Positions 33,290 to 45,284 of a stretch of 64,000 nucleotides of DNA are shown here, piece after piece. The notes under the pieces were generated by a model. The model did not search any database. It worked only from the letters and a program-made list of their open reading frames with translations, and had not been told where the DNA came from. The position numbers were made by a program, and so were the translations under genes. Numbering within the stretch: the first letter of the stretch is position 1; every line of letters starts with the position of its first letter. This DNA comes from Minutocellus sp. GHC0000111 (taxonomy: Eukaryota), in contig OZ361257.1 in assembly GCA_977018835.1 (NCBI GenBank), forward strand, positions 4,340,001 through 4,404,000, written 5' to 3'.

Positions 33290-34260
33290 CTTGCTTGCTG
33301 GTAAAAATGAGGTCCTTTCCGGTTGAAGTTGTAAAATCCGTCTCGTGTTTCAGCATGTTTGTTGAGCATCTTGAGAAGACCGAGTCGAAAGTCTCTGCTA
33401 AACATCGCACAAGCCACCTAAGTTGTGATGCGACAACAAAAAAGGCGCGATTTTTCGGCCTCTCCCGTTGCGAAGTGCTGTAACTTTTTCTCTCTCTTTG
33501 CAACACGATGAATTGACTTTTCAGAAAAGGCTGATAATTTAGCATTGATTGCTTCTCGCTCAGAAATCTTTGTTATGTAACAAAGATGCTATGTGTAAGA
33601 GGAATCCTGTTCAAAAAGTGTTGGCAACAGCTTCGTTTCTTGGGCTCCTTCAGCACCAAATTCCAACGTCGAAAAAGAAAATGTCACTGCTAACTTTGTC
33701 GCGTTATGTCACGCGAGACACCCGGATATTGCGCAACTTTAACCGGAAAGGACCTTAAATGGATGTTGTGGTGGCGGTTGTGTTGTTGTGATGCGTTTTC
33801 TGGTGTCGAAATCACATTGTGCTGGTTTCTTTTTTCCTTCTATTTGTTTTCTATTGGCCTTGTCCCGATTCGATTCTTTCTTTGCGGGTGTGGGCAAGAT
33901 GGACCGCAGATCTTGGCGAAGCGAATCGAATGAGTCATCTGGAAGAAAAGAAATGCACATAATAAAGGCTTTCAGCCACTAGAAGACGGGAAGTCCACTA
34001 ACCACTAACATAAAAATAGAAACTGGTCCGTCCTTCGTCCAGCAAAAAGCCTTCCGGAAGCAGAGCAGCAGCAGCAGCCGCATGTTTCGCTTCGCTTCGT
34101 CAGGTTCCTGCATTCTTCTTCGGCGGCCGCAGTTGCAACAAAAGTAAATTACGAGTAGACAGCAGACAGTTGCCACCACGAGCACATCGAATCTGTTCCA
34201 TCCCATCGCATCTTGAAAACAAGCATCTTGTGCCCCAAACTACCAACACACTATCCCAAA

Positions 34261-35721
34261 ATGAAGCTCTCGATTGCTGCCACCGCCTGCGTCCTTCTCG
34301 CCACGTCGGCCTCGGCGTTCTCCCCCTCTGCCATCATTCCGTCTTCTGCTGCTTCCCGCAATTCGGCCCTCTCCATGGCCACTCTGCAGGAGACTGCCGC
34401 CGTTCCCGCCACCTCTTCGTTCCTCACCCCCGAGTCGGCCAAGGCCGCCATCGACGCGGTCGGTTCGCCCTTGTACGCCTACAGCCTCCCCAAGCTGGAG
34501 GAGTTCGCCGACAAGTGCCTGGCCTTCCCCAACGCGTACGGCCTCACGGTCCGGTACGCCATGAAGTCCAGCCCCAACGGGGCCATCCTGTCCTACTTCC
34601 ACTCCAAGGGCATCCACATCGATGCGTCGAGCGGCTACGAGGTCCGCCGGGCCATGTCGGCGGGCATCCCCGCCGAGAACATCTCCCTCTCCACCCAGGA
34701 GCTGCCCAGGGACTTTGCCGAATTGATCGACCTGGGCGTCAAGGTCAACGCCTGCTCGCTGTCGCAGATCGAGCGCATCGGGCGGCACTACGCCGGGAAG
34801 GGACAGGTCATCGGCGTCCGGGTCAACCCCGGCGTCGGGTCCGGCGGGTTCTCCGCCTCCACGACGGGATTCTCCAAGACCAACGTCGGCGGACCCTCCT
34901 CCAGCTTTGGCATCTGGCACGAGCTCGTCACCGACGGTCCCGTCATCGAAATGGTGGAAAAGTACGGCCTGGTAGTCGAGCGCATCCACACCCACATCGG
35001 CTCGGGCAGCGATCCCGCCATCTGGCAGCAGGTGGCCTCCAAGTCCCTCTCCTTCTGCCAGATCTGGGACACCGTCACGGCCTGCAACCTCGGAGGGGGG
35101 TACAAGGTGGGCCGCAATCCGGGCGAGCCCACCACCGACCTGCAGGAGATTGGCGCCCCGGTCACCCAGGTCTTTGAGGACTTTGCCCAAGAGACCGGCC
35201 GGAAGCTCCGCCTCGAGATCGAACCCGGCACGTACCTCGTGGCCAACGCCGGTGCCCTCGTGTGCACCGTCCAGGACAAGGTCGTGACCACCGGGGAGGG
35301 GGGACATACCTTCCTCAAGCTCGATGCCGGCATGACCGACGTCCTCCGCCCGTCCTTGTATGGTGCCATCCATCCCATCACCATCCTGCCGGGCTCCGGC
35401 AAGTCGGACGACGTCGGGACCGATTCCGAGAGCGTCGTCGTCGTAGGACATTGCTGCGAGAGCGGAGATTTCATGACCCCCCTGCCCGGGGAGCCCGAGA
35501 GCTTGGGCGAGCGGGAGCTCCGAACGGCCGCCATTGGCGACATTTGCGTCATGGACGGAAGCGGGGCCTACTGCAGCGGCATGAGTACCAAGAACTACAA
35601 CAGCTTTCCCGAGGCGCCCGAGGTGCTGGTGGGGGGCGACGGCCAGCCCCACGTCATTCGGACCCGACAGAGCTTGGAGCAAATATACCAGAACGAGGAG
35701 AAGGTCAACGGGCTTTGGTAA
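34261..35721 (+). CDS. lysA: Diaminopimelate decarboxylase, plastid-targeted
   Basis: SASA-F leader, YAMKS (PLP Lys), HTHIGSG, NLGGG, EPGTYLV, GHCCESGD, GAYCSGMSTKNYNS. Confidence 0.93.
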   Translation: MKLSIAATACVLLATSASAFSPSAIIPSSAASRNSALSMATLQETAAVPATSSFLTPESAKAAIDAVGSPLYAYSLPKLEEFADKCLAFPNAYGLTVRYAMKSSPNGAILSYFHSKGIHIDASSGYEVRRAMSAGIPAENISLSTQELPRDFAELIDLGVKVNACSLSQIERIGRHYAGKGQVIGVRVNPGVGSGGFSASTTGFSKTNVGGPSSSFGIWHELVTDGPVIEMVEKYGLVVERIHTHIGSGSDPAIWQQVASKSLSFCQIWDTVTACNLGGGYKVGRNPGEPTTDLQEIGAPVTQVFEDFAQETGRKLRLEIEPGTYLVANAGALVCTVQDKVVTTGEGGHTFLKLDAGMTDVLRPSLYGAIHPITILPGSGKSDDVGTDSESVVVVGHCCESGDFMTPLPGEPESLGERELRTAAIGDICVMDGSGAYCSGMSTKNYNSFPEAPEVLVGGDGQPHVIRTRQSLEQIYQNEEKVNGLW

Positions 35722-36176
35722 ACTAATAGTTTGATATTATCTTCTTTGATATTAGATCTTAGCTAGACGACTGCCATGATTTGCATGATGGGCTAAGATG
35801 TTTCTTGTAGACAACACGTATTAGGGTGAGAAAGCCGATGTGCACGATGTGAAGACGTGGCAAGACTCGAAATGCTTTTGGCATTGCCTAGACGTGAGGA
35901 TCAGCGAGGGAAACTCTTTCAATAACCATATCATAGGGGAGGGCCCATGAAGACGCAATTATCAGTCGTTGATGGTGCAATGCTTGATCTGCGCTTGAAT
36001 TCTACTAGTCGTCGAGGAAACAATTCAGTTTCTATCTAGCTAGTACAAGTAGATCTAGTAGCTAGCTAGTAGATCTAGTAGGTACAATATCGAGAGGCTT
36101 CCTACCATAATTTTCTTTTAGTTTTTTATAATACAAAGACATCAAAATTTTATTATATGAATATTTGTAAACTACA

Positions 36177-37655
36177 TCAGACAACCGAGTTCCTACGGCT
36201 GACGCTCAGTCTAGGAGAGACGAACGGTTCCAGAAGGGCGGTGTCCTCCTTGTTGATACTTGGTGTGGAGATGGAGGAGGGTGGCCGAACCACATTGTCG
36301 AAGGAGGCATTGGCCCCTGGAGCATTCTTGTTTTGGTGGTCGCCCCGAGTTGCAGAGGCGACGCGAGTGAGAAGGCTGTCGACGGAGGATTGGACGCACT
36401 TCATCCCGTGCGACATGCTATTTGTTCGGCTGCAGGGCTGACTTCTGGACGTTTGGACGTTGTTGGCAGCAGGTGTAGGCCTAGAGATAGTTGTAGAGTT
36501 GGATGTCGCAGCCGCGGAGGTATTGGTTGAGCAGGACGAGCGGCGGGTGGCGGCACGCTCCATCTCGGTGGACGTTGTGGGCATGCTTCCCCGGCGATGA
36601 TACTGGTTGACACGACGGCCCTGGCTTGTTGAGTGAGATCGGTGGTGCTCGTTGGAAGATCTTGAAACAGAAGAAGTGGAAGCCGTAGTACTACTAGATC
36701 TTGACGCCAAGGTATACGTCTCAGCAGGACGGGCACTTCGGCCTAGATATCCCATGACGGCAGCCTCGTCCTCCTTGCCCTGCTTGGTGGCCCGATCGCG
36801 GCTGAGCTGAGAACGTTCCATGCTGACCTTGGCCAGCTCGGTGTCCTTGATGGGATGGCCGTATCGTCGATGAAGGTCGCGCTGCACATCCTGAGCCTCG
36901 AGGACAGCATTCAGATGATCGTGCTGGAGTGCCCACAGGGCCTTGTGCAATTTCTTGGACGAGAACTGTTCCAGGCCACGGATGGAGATGGAATTGCGCA
37001 GAGCACGGATCTCAGGATCGGTCGCTTGGACGTCCCGGGGGATCTTGGCGATGCGCTTGAGGACCTTGAGGTCGGCGTTGGCTTGCAGTTGGATGGTTTG
37101 GCGTTCGTCCTTCGAGAGCCAAAGGACTTTCAACTCGGCCTCGGACTTGGGGGCAATTGGACGGACATTCACGTCGAGACTGAATGTGACGAACTTGGTG
37201 GCGCTGATCGACGACGACGACGTAGAAGCGGTAGAGCCAGTGGAAGTGGAACTCGTCGACGAAGTCTTGAGGGACGATCGACGGGGTCGACGGCGGGAGG
37301 CGGAGATGGACCCCAAGGAGGCCGGATTCGACCTTGTGGCGTCAGAGGCCTTTAGATCGCTCGACGACGAAGACGTCAGCTTCTTGTCGGAGTTTTGACG
37401 GGTATATTCAAGGCTGCAGCGACGAAACATCTTGGCTTCGGGACGGGGTGGTTCCTCTGTCCCCGTCTTGTTGACACGGGCTGACGTGGTGGCGGGCTGG
37501 GAGTTGGTGCTGCTCGATCGGTTCATGCTTGTATCTGTGTTATGAATGACCCCTGTCGGAAGTTGTGAGACAACAGTCTTCGTGTCTTTGGAATCTGCCG
37601 TCACGTGAGAAATATGGGCGGCAGTAGAGCTTGGAGAGCTGCATTGGATGAGCAT
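36177..37655 (-). CDS. Hypothetical Ser-rich protein (VTFS...LW...RGLE motif type)
   Basis: 492-aa ORF. KFVTFSLDVNVRPI, LWLSKDE, IRGLEQF and AVLEAQ resemble an expanded uncharacterised diatom family (recollection, not searched). Confidence 0.65.
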   Translation of the reverse strand: MLIQCSSPSSTAAHISHVTADSKDTKTVVSQLPTGVIHNTDTSMNRSSSTNSQPATTSARVNKTGTEEPPRPEAKMFRRCSLEYTRQNSDKKLTSSSSSDLKASDATRSNPASLGSISASRRRPRRSSLKTSSTSSTSTGSTASTSSSSISATKFVTFSLDVNVRPIAPKSEAELKVLWLSKDERQTIQLQANADLKVLKRIAKIPRDVQATDPEIRALRNSISIRGLEQFSSKKLHKALWALQHDHLNAVLEAQDVQRDLHRRYGHPIKDTELAKVSMERSQLSRDRATKQGKEDEAAVMGYLGRSARPAETYTLASRSSSTTASTSSVSRSSNEHHRSHSTSQGRRVNQYHRRGSMPTTSTEMERAATRRSSCSTNTSAAATSNSTTISRPTPAANNVQTSRSQPCSRTNSMSHGMKCVQSSVDSLLTRVASATRGDHQNKNAPGANASFDNVVRPPSSISTPSINKEDTALLEPFVSPRLSVSRRNSVV

Positions 37656-39671
37656 GCGGGCAATGGAATTATGCGTCTTGTGTTGTTGGGGGTTGCTTTC
37701 TCGTTCCTATCGTAGATATTGGACGGAAGGAAGAGACGAAAGCGGGAAATTGGCTGGAAGATGGCAAAAAAGTGAGCTGGTCTGCCCCGCCACATGTGCA
37801 TGCGTCTGATTTTTCAGACTTCATGCATCCTTTTCAGAAACGTCGAATTTGTGCCGTGCGTCCGTTCGTCAGGAACATCAACATTTGGAGAAACTTCAAG
37901 CTGAAAGCGCGTAGCCTAGTTTCTTTTTCTGTGTCCCTGCAAAGCACCATTACAACAGGCTGACAGAATCAGAAGTCTGCTTGAGATCCTGTTCTCAGGC
38001 ACAGGATCCAGCGTCATTGCTCCCTCCAAATGCAAGAAAAACAAGGCCTGACTTGTGGTCCCACACATGTTCCCACACATGTCCAACAAGGCGTAAAACA
38101 TGGATTGAATTCATCATTCCCAAAAAATCGTGAGCCACAAGGCAGATCAACAAATCACTCCCCCGGGAGCCGTAATTTATTTTGTCATCCAGTTTTCAAT
38201 CTCGGTCTAGTTCGTGACAAACTTCAACATCCACGGCATTTTGAGACAATCTCACACAAACTTACAGCAAACTTCCGTCACTTTGGGCTCTCCGATGCTG
38301 GCAAATTTATTCCTCGAGCAGCCAAGCAAAAATGGTTTCCAAGTTGTAAAACTCACAAAAAGTTGCCGAGTTTGACACTAGTAGAAACACAAAGATTTTT
38401 TTGTTGAAGAAAAATGCAAGTAGATGCATCAAAAGCAATGATGATAATCTCGTGCGACATGTCCCGATTCATGGTGTGGTTTTCATTTTTACATCTATCG
38501 TTGGGGTTCTTCCCCCTGGCTCGCCACACAACACACGAGCAGCGTACGTAGCAGGGTCTTGCTCTCTCAGCGAGTTTGATTTTCTCAGTCTTTGCATTTT
38601 TTGTTGGGTGACAAGCCTCTACGGTTTGACTAGCTCGATTGAGAAAAGGCCTGACGTGTCGACCGTGGAGTTTGTACTGATTCCTACGTAGGCCTGAGTT
38701 ATCCCGAGACAACTCTCAAACACCCAAGAAACCTCACCGACGAACCCACCGGGACAAAAAATTGTTGTAAATTTGTCCCAAAAAGCCGCACAAGAGTGAA
38801 AATTTTTTTGCCTGTTTTTGGTACGGGATCCAGAAACTTCCATGAGAACTTCCGGGAACATGGATCAATGATTTCTTAGTTTCAAAGGCCGAATTGACGC
38901 ACGATATAAGGCTTTCACGACATTGAAACGAAGATAGGGAACAGCACATTTTCTGATGGCTGAGATGGTGCTATGCAAAGCATACACAAAAAGAAAGAGC
39001 AGGAAAAAGCACATGACAAAAAGGCGACAGACGCCTTGATGAGATCAACCGGCCTCTCATGGAACGACAATTCAACAAGGCTGCGTCAAATTTCATCTGA
39101 TTGGCATCAGTACGATGCATATATCTCACTCTGTGCGGGAATGTATGCAGGAATAAATCCTCATCCAACATCAACTTATGCAGGAATGATTCGTCATCCA
39201 ACAGAGGCACAAAATGCCGAACTCAAACCATCATCATTGTCATGGCAGGTTCAACATTCACAATTGGAAACTGAAAACAATGTACTGCTTTTAACATTTT
39301 TATTTCGCATGCTACTAGCATGCATTGCATGTACGTGTGAATCAATGACGAAATCCCCTTATCTTCGCTTCACAAGTGTGGATTGGAAGGCACATAGAAG
39401 AAACAGGCGCCACCAAGAAGAGTGTTGCAAATTGCGCTAGAAGTATTTTACAAGCGAACAAGCCATTACAGCGAACAAGTCAAAATTCGCAAAACAAAGC
39501 GAAATGGAGTCAATGAAAAATGACATGCGATTATGAATTACGGTGGTGATCACATGGCAATGCGTCAGAGAAGCAAGTGGCAGCTGCGATATGTTGCAAT
39601 ATTGTATTTCTAATATTCTAAGCATCTAAATGTGCTACATGTAAAACGATGTAAATTCCAGCTTTTCCAGA

Positions 39672-41186
39672 TCATTTGCCGGGTACATCCCACGCAAAGA
39701 TCCATTTCGATACATCCTCGGCCTCTTCTCCTTTCATCGCCTTGGCGGCCCGATCAGCACTTCTCTGCTGCATTTCTTTGCATCGCTCCAGCCGAGACTC
39801 TTCGTATGCCGCAAGGGCCAATGCAATATCATCGGCGTCACGAATACATGCCGCCAGTGACGCCGCATCCTCGAGGGCAAAGTTGGCACCCTGCCCATAG
39901 CTCGGGCTCATGCTATGCCCTGCATCGCCCACAAGCACGACGTTTCCATCGGTTGATACCAAACAGGGCCAAATCTCCTCAGCCTCCTCGGAATGCTGCA
40001 CATAAACAAAGTCGGGATGAGTATCCTCAATCTTTTCCACGGCAAAATCGACTAATGGCTCGTCCAGGCCGCGTAACTTTTCCAATAATGCCGATTTGAT
40101 AGATTCCTTCTTTTGCTGCGCAGACTGTTTGCATTTAACCAATTCCATCAGATCGCATTCGTCATTATCCGTATCGGCCACTGATATCGCCCAGTACGTA
40201 TATCCCTCGCCGGCTGGTCCAGCGAAGCATGCGACGCCACCATCGGGGCTGAAAAACGAGTATGTGTGATTGGCCAAGTACTGCTCAGGATCCAGCACGC
40301 CCTTGGTCACTGCCTTGATGTTGACTCGGCCATTGTATTTGATACCTTCCATACGATCGTCGATTGTATCCAATGCGCATGTATCGGAAGCCAGGCATTG
40401 TCGGAACGTTGAGTAGATGCCATCGGCGGCAACAATGAGGGGTGTGGACGGTCCTATCTCCGTGCCATTACTTTGCACAAGCCTAACACTCCCATCGTCT
40501 TGGGATGTGTACCCCACCACGTCATGCCCATTATTGTAAGAAATGCAATCCGATGACATCTGATCTGCCAATAACCTTCGCAAGACACCCCACCTCATGA
40601 GTACTTGCGGCAGACCAGTGTCCATTTCGGCCGTATCGGGTATGGTCATTGGTTGCGGCACATTCGGCAAGAGCATGGTATTTCCCGCCAACTTGGATCC
40701 TGCGCCAACTACCTCTTGAACTAAAGTTTCTCCACCAATGCCCCTCAACGCCTTGAGACCGTTGGGACCCAACTGCGCCGCGGCACCTGACCGATCATCG
40801 GCAAAGGATGCTGCATCGAGTTTTTCGAGAATGTGGATGTTTTCAATGCCAGCAATGTTGCGCAGTGCCGCGGCCGTGGAAAGGCCGGCAATGCCACCGC
40901 CGAAGATTATTGTGCCCTCCAGGTCAAGAGAGGCTTTGCTGCGTTTGTTGGAACTGGTTGCTGTGGTTGAGAAAGATGACGAAGAGGCGCATTGGTGACG
41001 ACGGTTGGACCAGGAAGTGGCATAAGTAACGGAAGTAGCAAGTGCGTTTTGCCTAAATCTTGGGCTTGTTTGATACGGCTGTCGACGAGTCTGAGAAAGA
41101 GAGTTCTTCGAAAAGGCGGATGCACGCGTTGCACTAGAGAGCGACGCATACGCCAAGAGAAGAGTCTTCGTGGTAGTAGCTCCCAT
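39672..41186 (-). CDS. FAD-dependent monooxygenase (zeaxanthin-epoxidase/salicylate-hydroxylase-like), plastid-targeted
   Basis: RASA-F leader, GGGIAGL, VAADGIYS, LVGDAGHSMSPSYGQGANFALEDA. Confidence 0.88.
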   Translation of the reverse strand: MGATTTKTLLLAYASLSSATRASAFSKNSLSQTRRQPYQTSPRFRQNALATSVTYATSWSNRRHQCASSSSFSTTATSSNKRSKASLDLEGTIIFGGGIAGLSTAAALRNIAGIENIHILEKLDAASFADDRSGAAAQLGPNGLKALRGIGGETLVQEVVGAGSKLAGNTMLLPNVPQPMTIPDTAEMDTGLPQVLMRWGVLRRLLADQMSSDCISYNNGHDVVGYTSQDDGSVRLVQSNGTEIGPSTPLIVAADGIYSTFRQCLASDTCALDTIDDRMEGIKYNGRVNIKAVTKGVLDPEQYLANHTYSFFSPDGGVACFAGPAGEGYTYWAISVADTDNDECDLMELVKCKQSAQQKKESIKSALLEKLRGLDEPLVDFAVEKIEDTHPDFVYVQHSEEAEEIWPCLVSTDGNVVLVGDAGHSMSPSYGQGANFALEDAASLAACIRDADDIALALAAYEESRLERCKEMQQRSADRAAKAMKGEEAEDVSKWIFAWDVPGK

Positions 41187-41442
41187 TATTGCTGGTAAAT
41201 AGTCACTGTGCTTTGTGCTTTGCCGTCATCAACATGCTTCTTCCCAGTCGAACAAGTCGACGAGTACGTCAGTGGACGTGTTGTGCCACTTGGTGACGCC
41301 GTCAGCTGGGAAAATCTGCGCTGGTTTTGTTCTTCGGTGTTTTGCTGCCGCATGCGTGCGTCGCGCTTTGTTCTTTTCCGCGTGTTTGCTACCGCTAACT
41401 CATACTTTCGTATCTTTCATCTTTTATTACCTACTCGCAACC

Positions 41443-42029
41443 ATGTTCCGCCTCGTCGCCCTCTCCGCCCTCGCCTCGGCCGCCGCCTTCGCCCCCGTCA
41501 ACACCCCCGCCCGGGCCCAGACCTCCCTCGGCTACACCATCAAGCTCATCTCCGAGGAGCACGACATCGACGAGACCATCGAGTGCGCCGACGACGTCTT
41601 CATCGTCGACGCCGCCGAGGAGGCCGGCATCGACCTTCCCTACTCGTGCCGCGCCGGCTCGTGATCCACCTGCACCGGCAAGGTCCTCGAGGGAGAGGTC
41701 GACCAGACCGAGCAGACCTTCCTCGATGAGGACCAGATGGGTGACGGATACGGTGAGTTCTCGTTTTGCAAATTATGTTATTGCAACTGGACAATAAGTT
41801 TCGTTTCCAGGCATGCGGCCCTCTGGTCTTTCCAACTCCGAGACAGTCCGCTTGGACTACATGCATGGCGTGCATTTATTCCAAAATAATGTTCCCCACC
41901 ATATCTTTTATCTCACAACTTTTTCCTTCATTTCCAATTCTCAAACCAAACGCAACAGTCCTCACTTGCGTCGCCTACCCCAAGTCCGACTGCACCATCG
42001 CCGTCCACATGGAGGATGACCTCTTCTAA
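41443..42029 (+). CDS. petF: Nuclear-encoded plastid [2Fe-2S] ferredoxin with in-frame TGA (41662-41664) at the second Cys ligand; intron 41753-41958
   Basis: [18 protein letters not shown] leader; [34 protein letters not shown]; spliced to [12 protein letters not shown]. Intron is GTGAGT...AACAG. Confidence 0.9.
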
Positions 42030-42315
42030 GCGGTTTGCACTTTTTTGATCTTCCGAATTAGGACAGCATTAAATGCAGCTAAGCTAAGGGTTACCATTGA
42101 GAAAAAACTATATGGCAGATACTATCCAAAGTATTCCTTGTGTAGGCTAAGCAGAAAGTATTGTAAGTCTTTTACTTATTGCAACCAAAGCTAAACAACG
42201 GTAGGACTCCATGCAGCACTTAGTTCATAGCTTCAAACATAACGACAAATGGGATAGATCCCACATCTCGGACTTTGTCTCGGTACATGAATCACTTTTT
42301 GTTTTGTGGTTCGCA

Positions 42316-43416
42316 TTATTTTATTCTGGAAGACGAGTCGGTTCTCCCCTCCTCCTTTTGCACAATCTCCAGGGCAGCGGCAACGTCCTTCTTCCCAATC
42401 AGCCCAAACCACTTATCGCACGATGCCTGTGCCTGTTGCAATATGTCCAACAACTCTGTTCCGTCGACATTGTTCCCTTTTTCTTCCTCCTCCATCTGAT
42501 ACCTCAGTTCGGCCCTCGCATCGTCCAAGGCCGTGAGCACCTCGTTCCGTAGCAGATATCGCAAACCCATATCACTGGCAATGACATTCTTGACATCGGG
42601 CAGCTGGTCGTTGCGGATCAGCTGCGACCGTTCGGACTTGCTTCCGGTCAGTGTATACTTGTCCGGATTGAAGTTGAGGTTGGACGTGTAAAAGTTGAGA
42701 GCGGCGCGGACCTCGTCCCTGTCCTCCCGTGCCTTCTCCTGACGCTTGAGACGCTTCCAGGTGTCAATTTCCCCGTTCTGAACCAGCAGGGCACCGGGCT
42801 TCTCCAGGAGGGAAACGCTATTGCGATATTGCGCATAGGAATCCAGATAAGATTTGGCCGGTTGCTTCGGCACGTCGATGGATTGATACCCTCGAGTGAA
42901 GAATTGTGGTTGGAGGAGCAGTGCGTCCAATTGCAGGAGTAGCTGCCGCTTGTTGGCAGCTTCAGCTTGATTAAGCTGATTTGGAACTTGGAGTGCATCA
43001 TTGATCATTAGTCGAACTCGAGTGGCTGGTACCAGCGTGTCGATCGGTGCGAATGGTCGTCTGCTGTTGTTGATAGAGGTGGTGCTACTTCCATCTTTGG
43101 TCGTTGTTGTCGTGTCATCCGCGCCATTCGCCATAGCTGACTGTGGCAGTGTCAAACATGAAATTGCCGATAAGAGCGATGCTTCGATATAAACCCTCCG
43201 ATCTATTATTGGCGTTGATTCGCTCTCTTGTGATGAGGATTCACCAAGCGATGACGTCGTCGGCATGCATCCAACGCTACCATCAGCAACATTTTTGGTG
43301 AGGCTGGAACTCGACAATGTTGGACGATGGACGGCGAAGGCATGAGCGCACGGAATGAAGCAAATCGATGGGCCCGACAATGCCAGGAATGAGAGTGCAA
43401 TGAAATTATTCGTCAT
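42316..43416 (-). CDS. Hypothetical plastid protein, possibly thylakoid-lumenal
   Basis: Signal peptide ending AHA-F, then a twin-Arg-like DRRVY...hydrophobic...AMA second signal. Confidence 0.7.
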   Translation of the reverse strand: MTNNFIALSFLALSGPSICFIPCAHAFAVHRPTLSSSSLTKNVADGSVGCMPTTSSLGESSSQESESTPIIDRRVYIEASLLSAISCLTLPQSAMANGADDTTTTTKDGSSTTSINNSRRPFAPIDTLVPATRVRLMINDALQVPNQLNQAEAANKRQLLLQLDALLLQPQFFTRGYQSIDVPKQPAKSYLDSYAQYRNSVSLLEKPGALLVQNGEIDTWKRLKRQEKAREDRDEVRAALNFYTSNLNFNPDKYTLTGSKSERSQLIRNDQLPDVKNVIASDMGLRYLLRNEVLTALDDARAELRYQMEEEEKGNNVDGTELLDILQQAQASCDKWFGLIGKKDVAAALEIVQKEEGRTDSSSRIK

Positions 43417-43896
43417 GTTGCTTCTTTTGCTACAACCTCGCATGATTATCTGCCAAGCAAGGCAGCAACATCCAACCACCGTGAACTCAGACCACATACT
43501 TAAAATTCCTATTGATGAAGAAACTCGAATTGGCTGGACGAAGAATAAATTTCGTCATTACAGCGTCATCACTGCACTGGACCCGTTCGACCGTTCGATC
43601 TCGCCTCGCCCCTTCAGCCTTCATTTTCCAGCCGAAGGCCCTGACTGAGGAGCAGAGCAGCGTTCGTGCTCTCTGGTGTAGATACCGCTGATCCAGCAGA
43701 AGATACGATGACGAACGGAATGGAGGAGGTGAGTGCTATGGTCCACGACACTGAAATTCAGTTGCACCGACTGTTCTGGTGCCAAAGAGTGCGGGGTATC
43801 TTTTTCGAGTGATGACCGCCAGAAATTTCTTTCCAAGTTAAGTTGGCTCTGCTCAGCCAACGGCAATGGCAGCCCTTGACTGTCTCGTTCCCTCGC

Positions 43897-45284
43897 ATGG
43901 CAACATATACTTTGCATCCGAAGGATGGTGATCTGCATCGACAAGAACTCTGTTCGCTGGCGTGGAAGTATCCGCTTTGGTCCCCTGCAGCACGCGGCGG
44001 CTGGATGTCGGTCGTATCTTTTTACCCTCCTGGCCGAACAAATCCTTACGAGGTCATGTGCCTGCGCTCGCTCTCTCACCGTGGTTTTCATCAACTTCCA
44101 CCTCACCCCAAGTGCGACATTACGCACGACGATCTGGCCCAGATCCTGGCGGAGAACAAGACGCCGGTCAAGCAGCCCCAACGCCGTGGTACGGGTAATG
44201 GCGGCGTCCCAGAGGTTGCAAATCCAACTCCCCTGGTCAGCCCAGCCACCAGTCAGGAGATTTGCGCGTTCGTGGAGGCGGCTACCCGTGGTGGGAGAAA
44301 TGAGATGACACTGGCCTTGGAAGAAGAATATGGTGGAATGGAAAAGCCGGAGATGGAGATGGAGAATGAGGCTGGGACGGCCTTTACATGTATGAGAATG
44401 GCGGTGGACCCCACCCTCCTCGGGGCACTGGACGTGACCCTTCGTCATCACAGCAGCGTCAGTCCCATCCTTACCCTGCGGGATATCGGTCGGCTGGCGT
44501 CCTGTTCCAAGTCGATCTCGGATATGGTCGATGAGGCGCCTATTTGGCGGCAGCTGTTTGAACGCGCGGCCAAGTCGGGTAGACCATATGGGACTCTGAC
44601 CGGACGTGTCGCAACCTTGGCTCGCCACTACAAGGCATCGACCGTGTGCGGTGAGAATAGGCTGCTCACCTGCTTTACCAGACCATCCCCGCCGTTGGGT
44701 ATAAGAAGGCGGCCTCCTGCCTCCTGAGCAAAACCTGCGCCAAATGCGGTGCCCTCTGCGCCCTGGCCAATCCCATCACATTCACCAGAACCTGCACCGC
44801 CTGCGCCCTGTCCGACCCGTCGGCGTATCTGATCCACAAGACCAACGCCAAGCTGTTCCTGCTGTCGGATTCCGAGCTGTACCAGCTGCGGGGTGCCACG
44901 TACGAGAAGAAAACGGAAAGCAAGAAGGATTGCAGCTCGACGCTGTACCTGCTGTCGGAGGTGATGGAGGCCTCGTACAAGAAGTACATCGAAGCCGATG
45001 GGCTGGCGGCCGAGATTGCGAGGCGGAGAACAGCCGCGTTGGAACGGTACGAGCAGAGCCAATCGACGTCGAAGCCGCAGAAGAAACGTCCTAGGATCGA
45101 GCGCCTGTCCGATCGGCCGGGGGACGATGCGCGGCGCATCATCTTTGCCGAGGGGGGTCTGCCCATTGGTACGTGCGTGGATTTGGAGCGCTGCACGATG
45201 CACCCTTCCGTGTGTTGTCGGTACTGCAGGGCCATGGGATCAGTGGAGGATATCGTTCTTCATGAGAAGCTGGCGCACCGCTAG
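43897..45284 (+). CDS. F-box-like protein with CxxC pairs and XPA-C-like region; frameshift or short intron near 44650-44680
   Basis: LRDIGRLASCSKSISDMVDEAPIWRQL is F-box-like. The next frame reads KTCAKC...TCTAC...AKLFLLSDSEL...LYLLSEV through to stop 45284. Confidence 0.55.

Noticed and set aside
34240..35682. 480-aa antisense ORF and other overlapping ORFs over lysA
   Set aside because: Shadow of GC3-rich codon usage on the real strand; no motifs.
37800..39600. Possible degraded TE or gene
   Set aside because: Only short ORFs; no TIRs or motifs that I could identify.
42030..42320. SECIS element downstream of petF
   Set aside because: A hairpin ATGAATCAC...GTGGTTCGCAT exists near 42287-42316, but it lacks the apical AA and paired GA quartet; not supportable by eye.
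44651..44681. 31-nt GT-AG micro-intron in the F-box gene
   Set aside because: Splicing it leads to an immediate stop; a one-base indel explains the frame change more simply.
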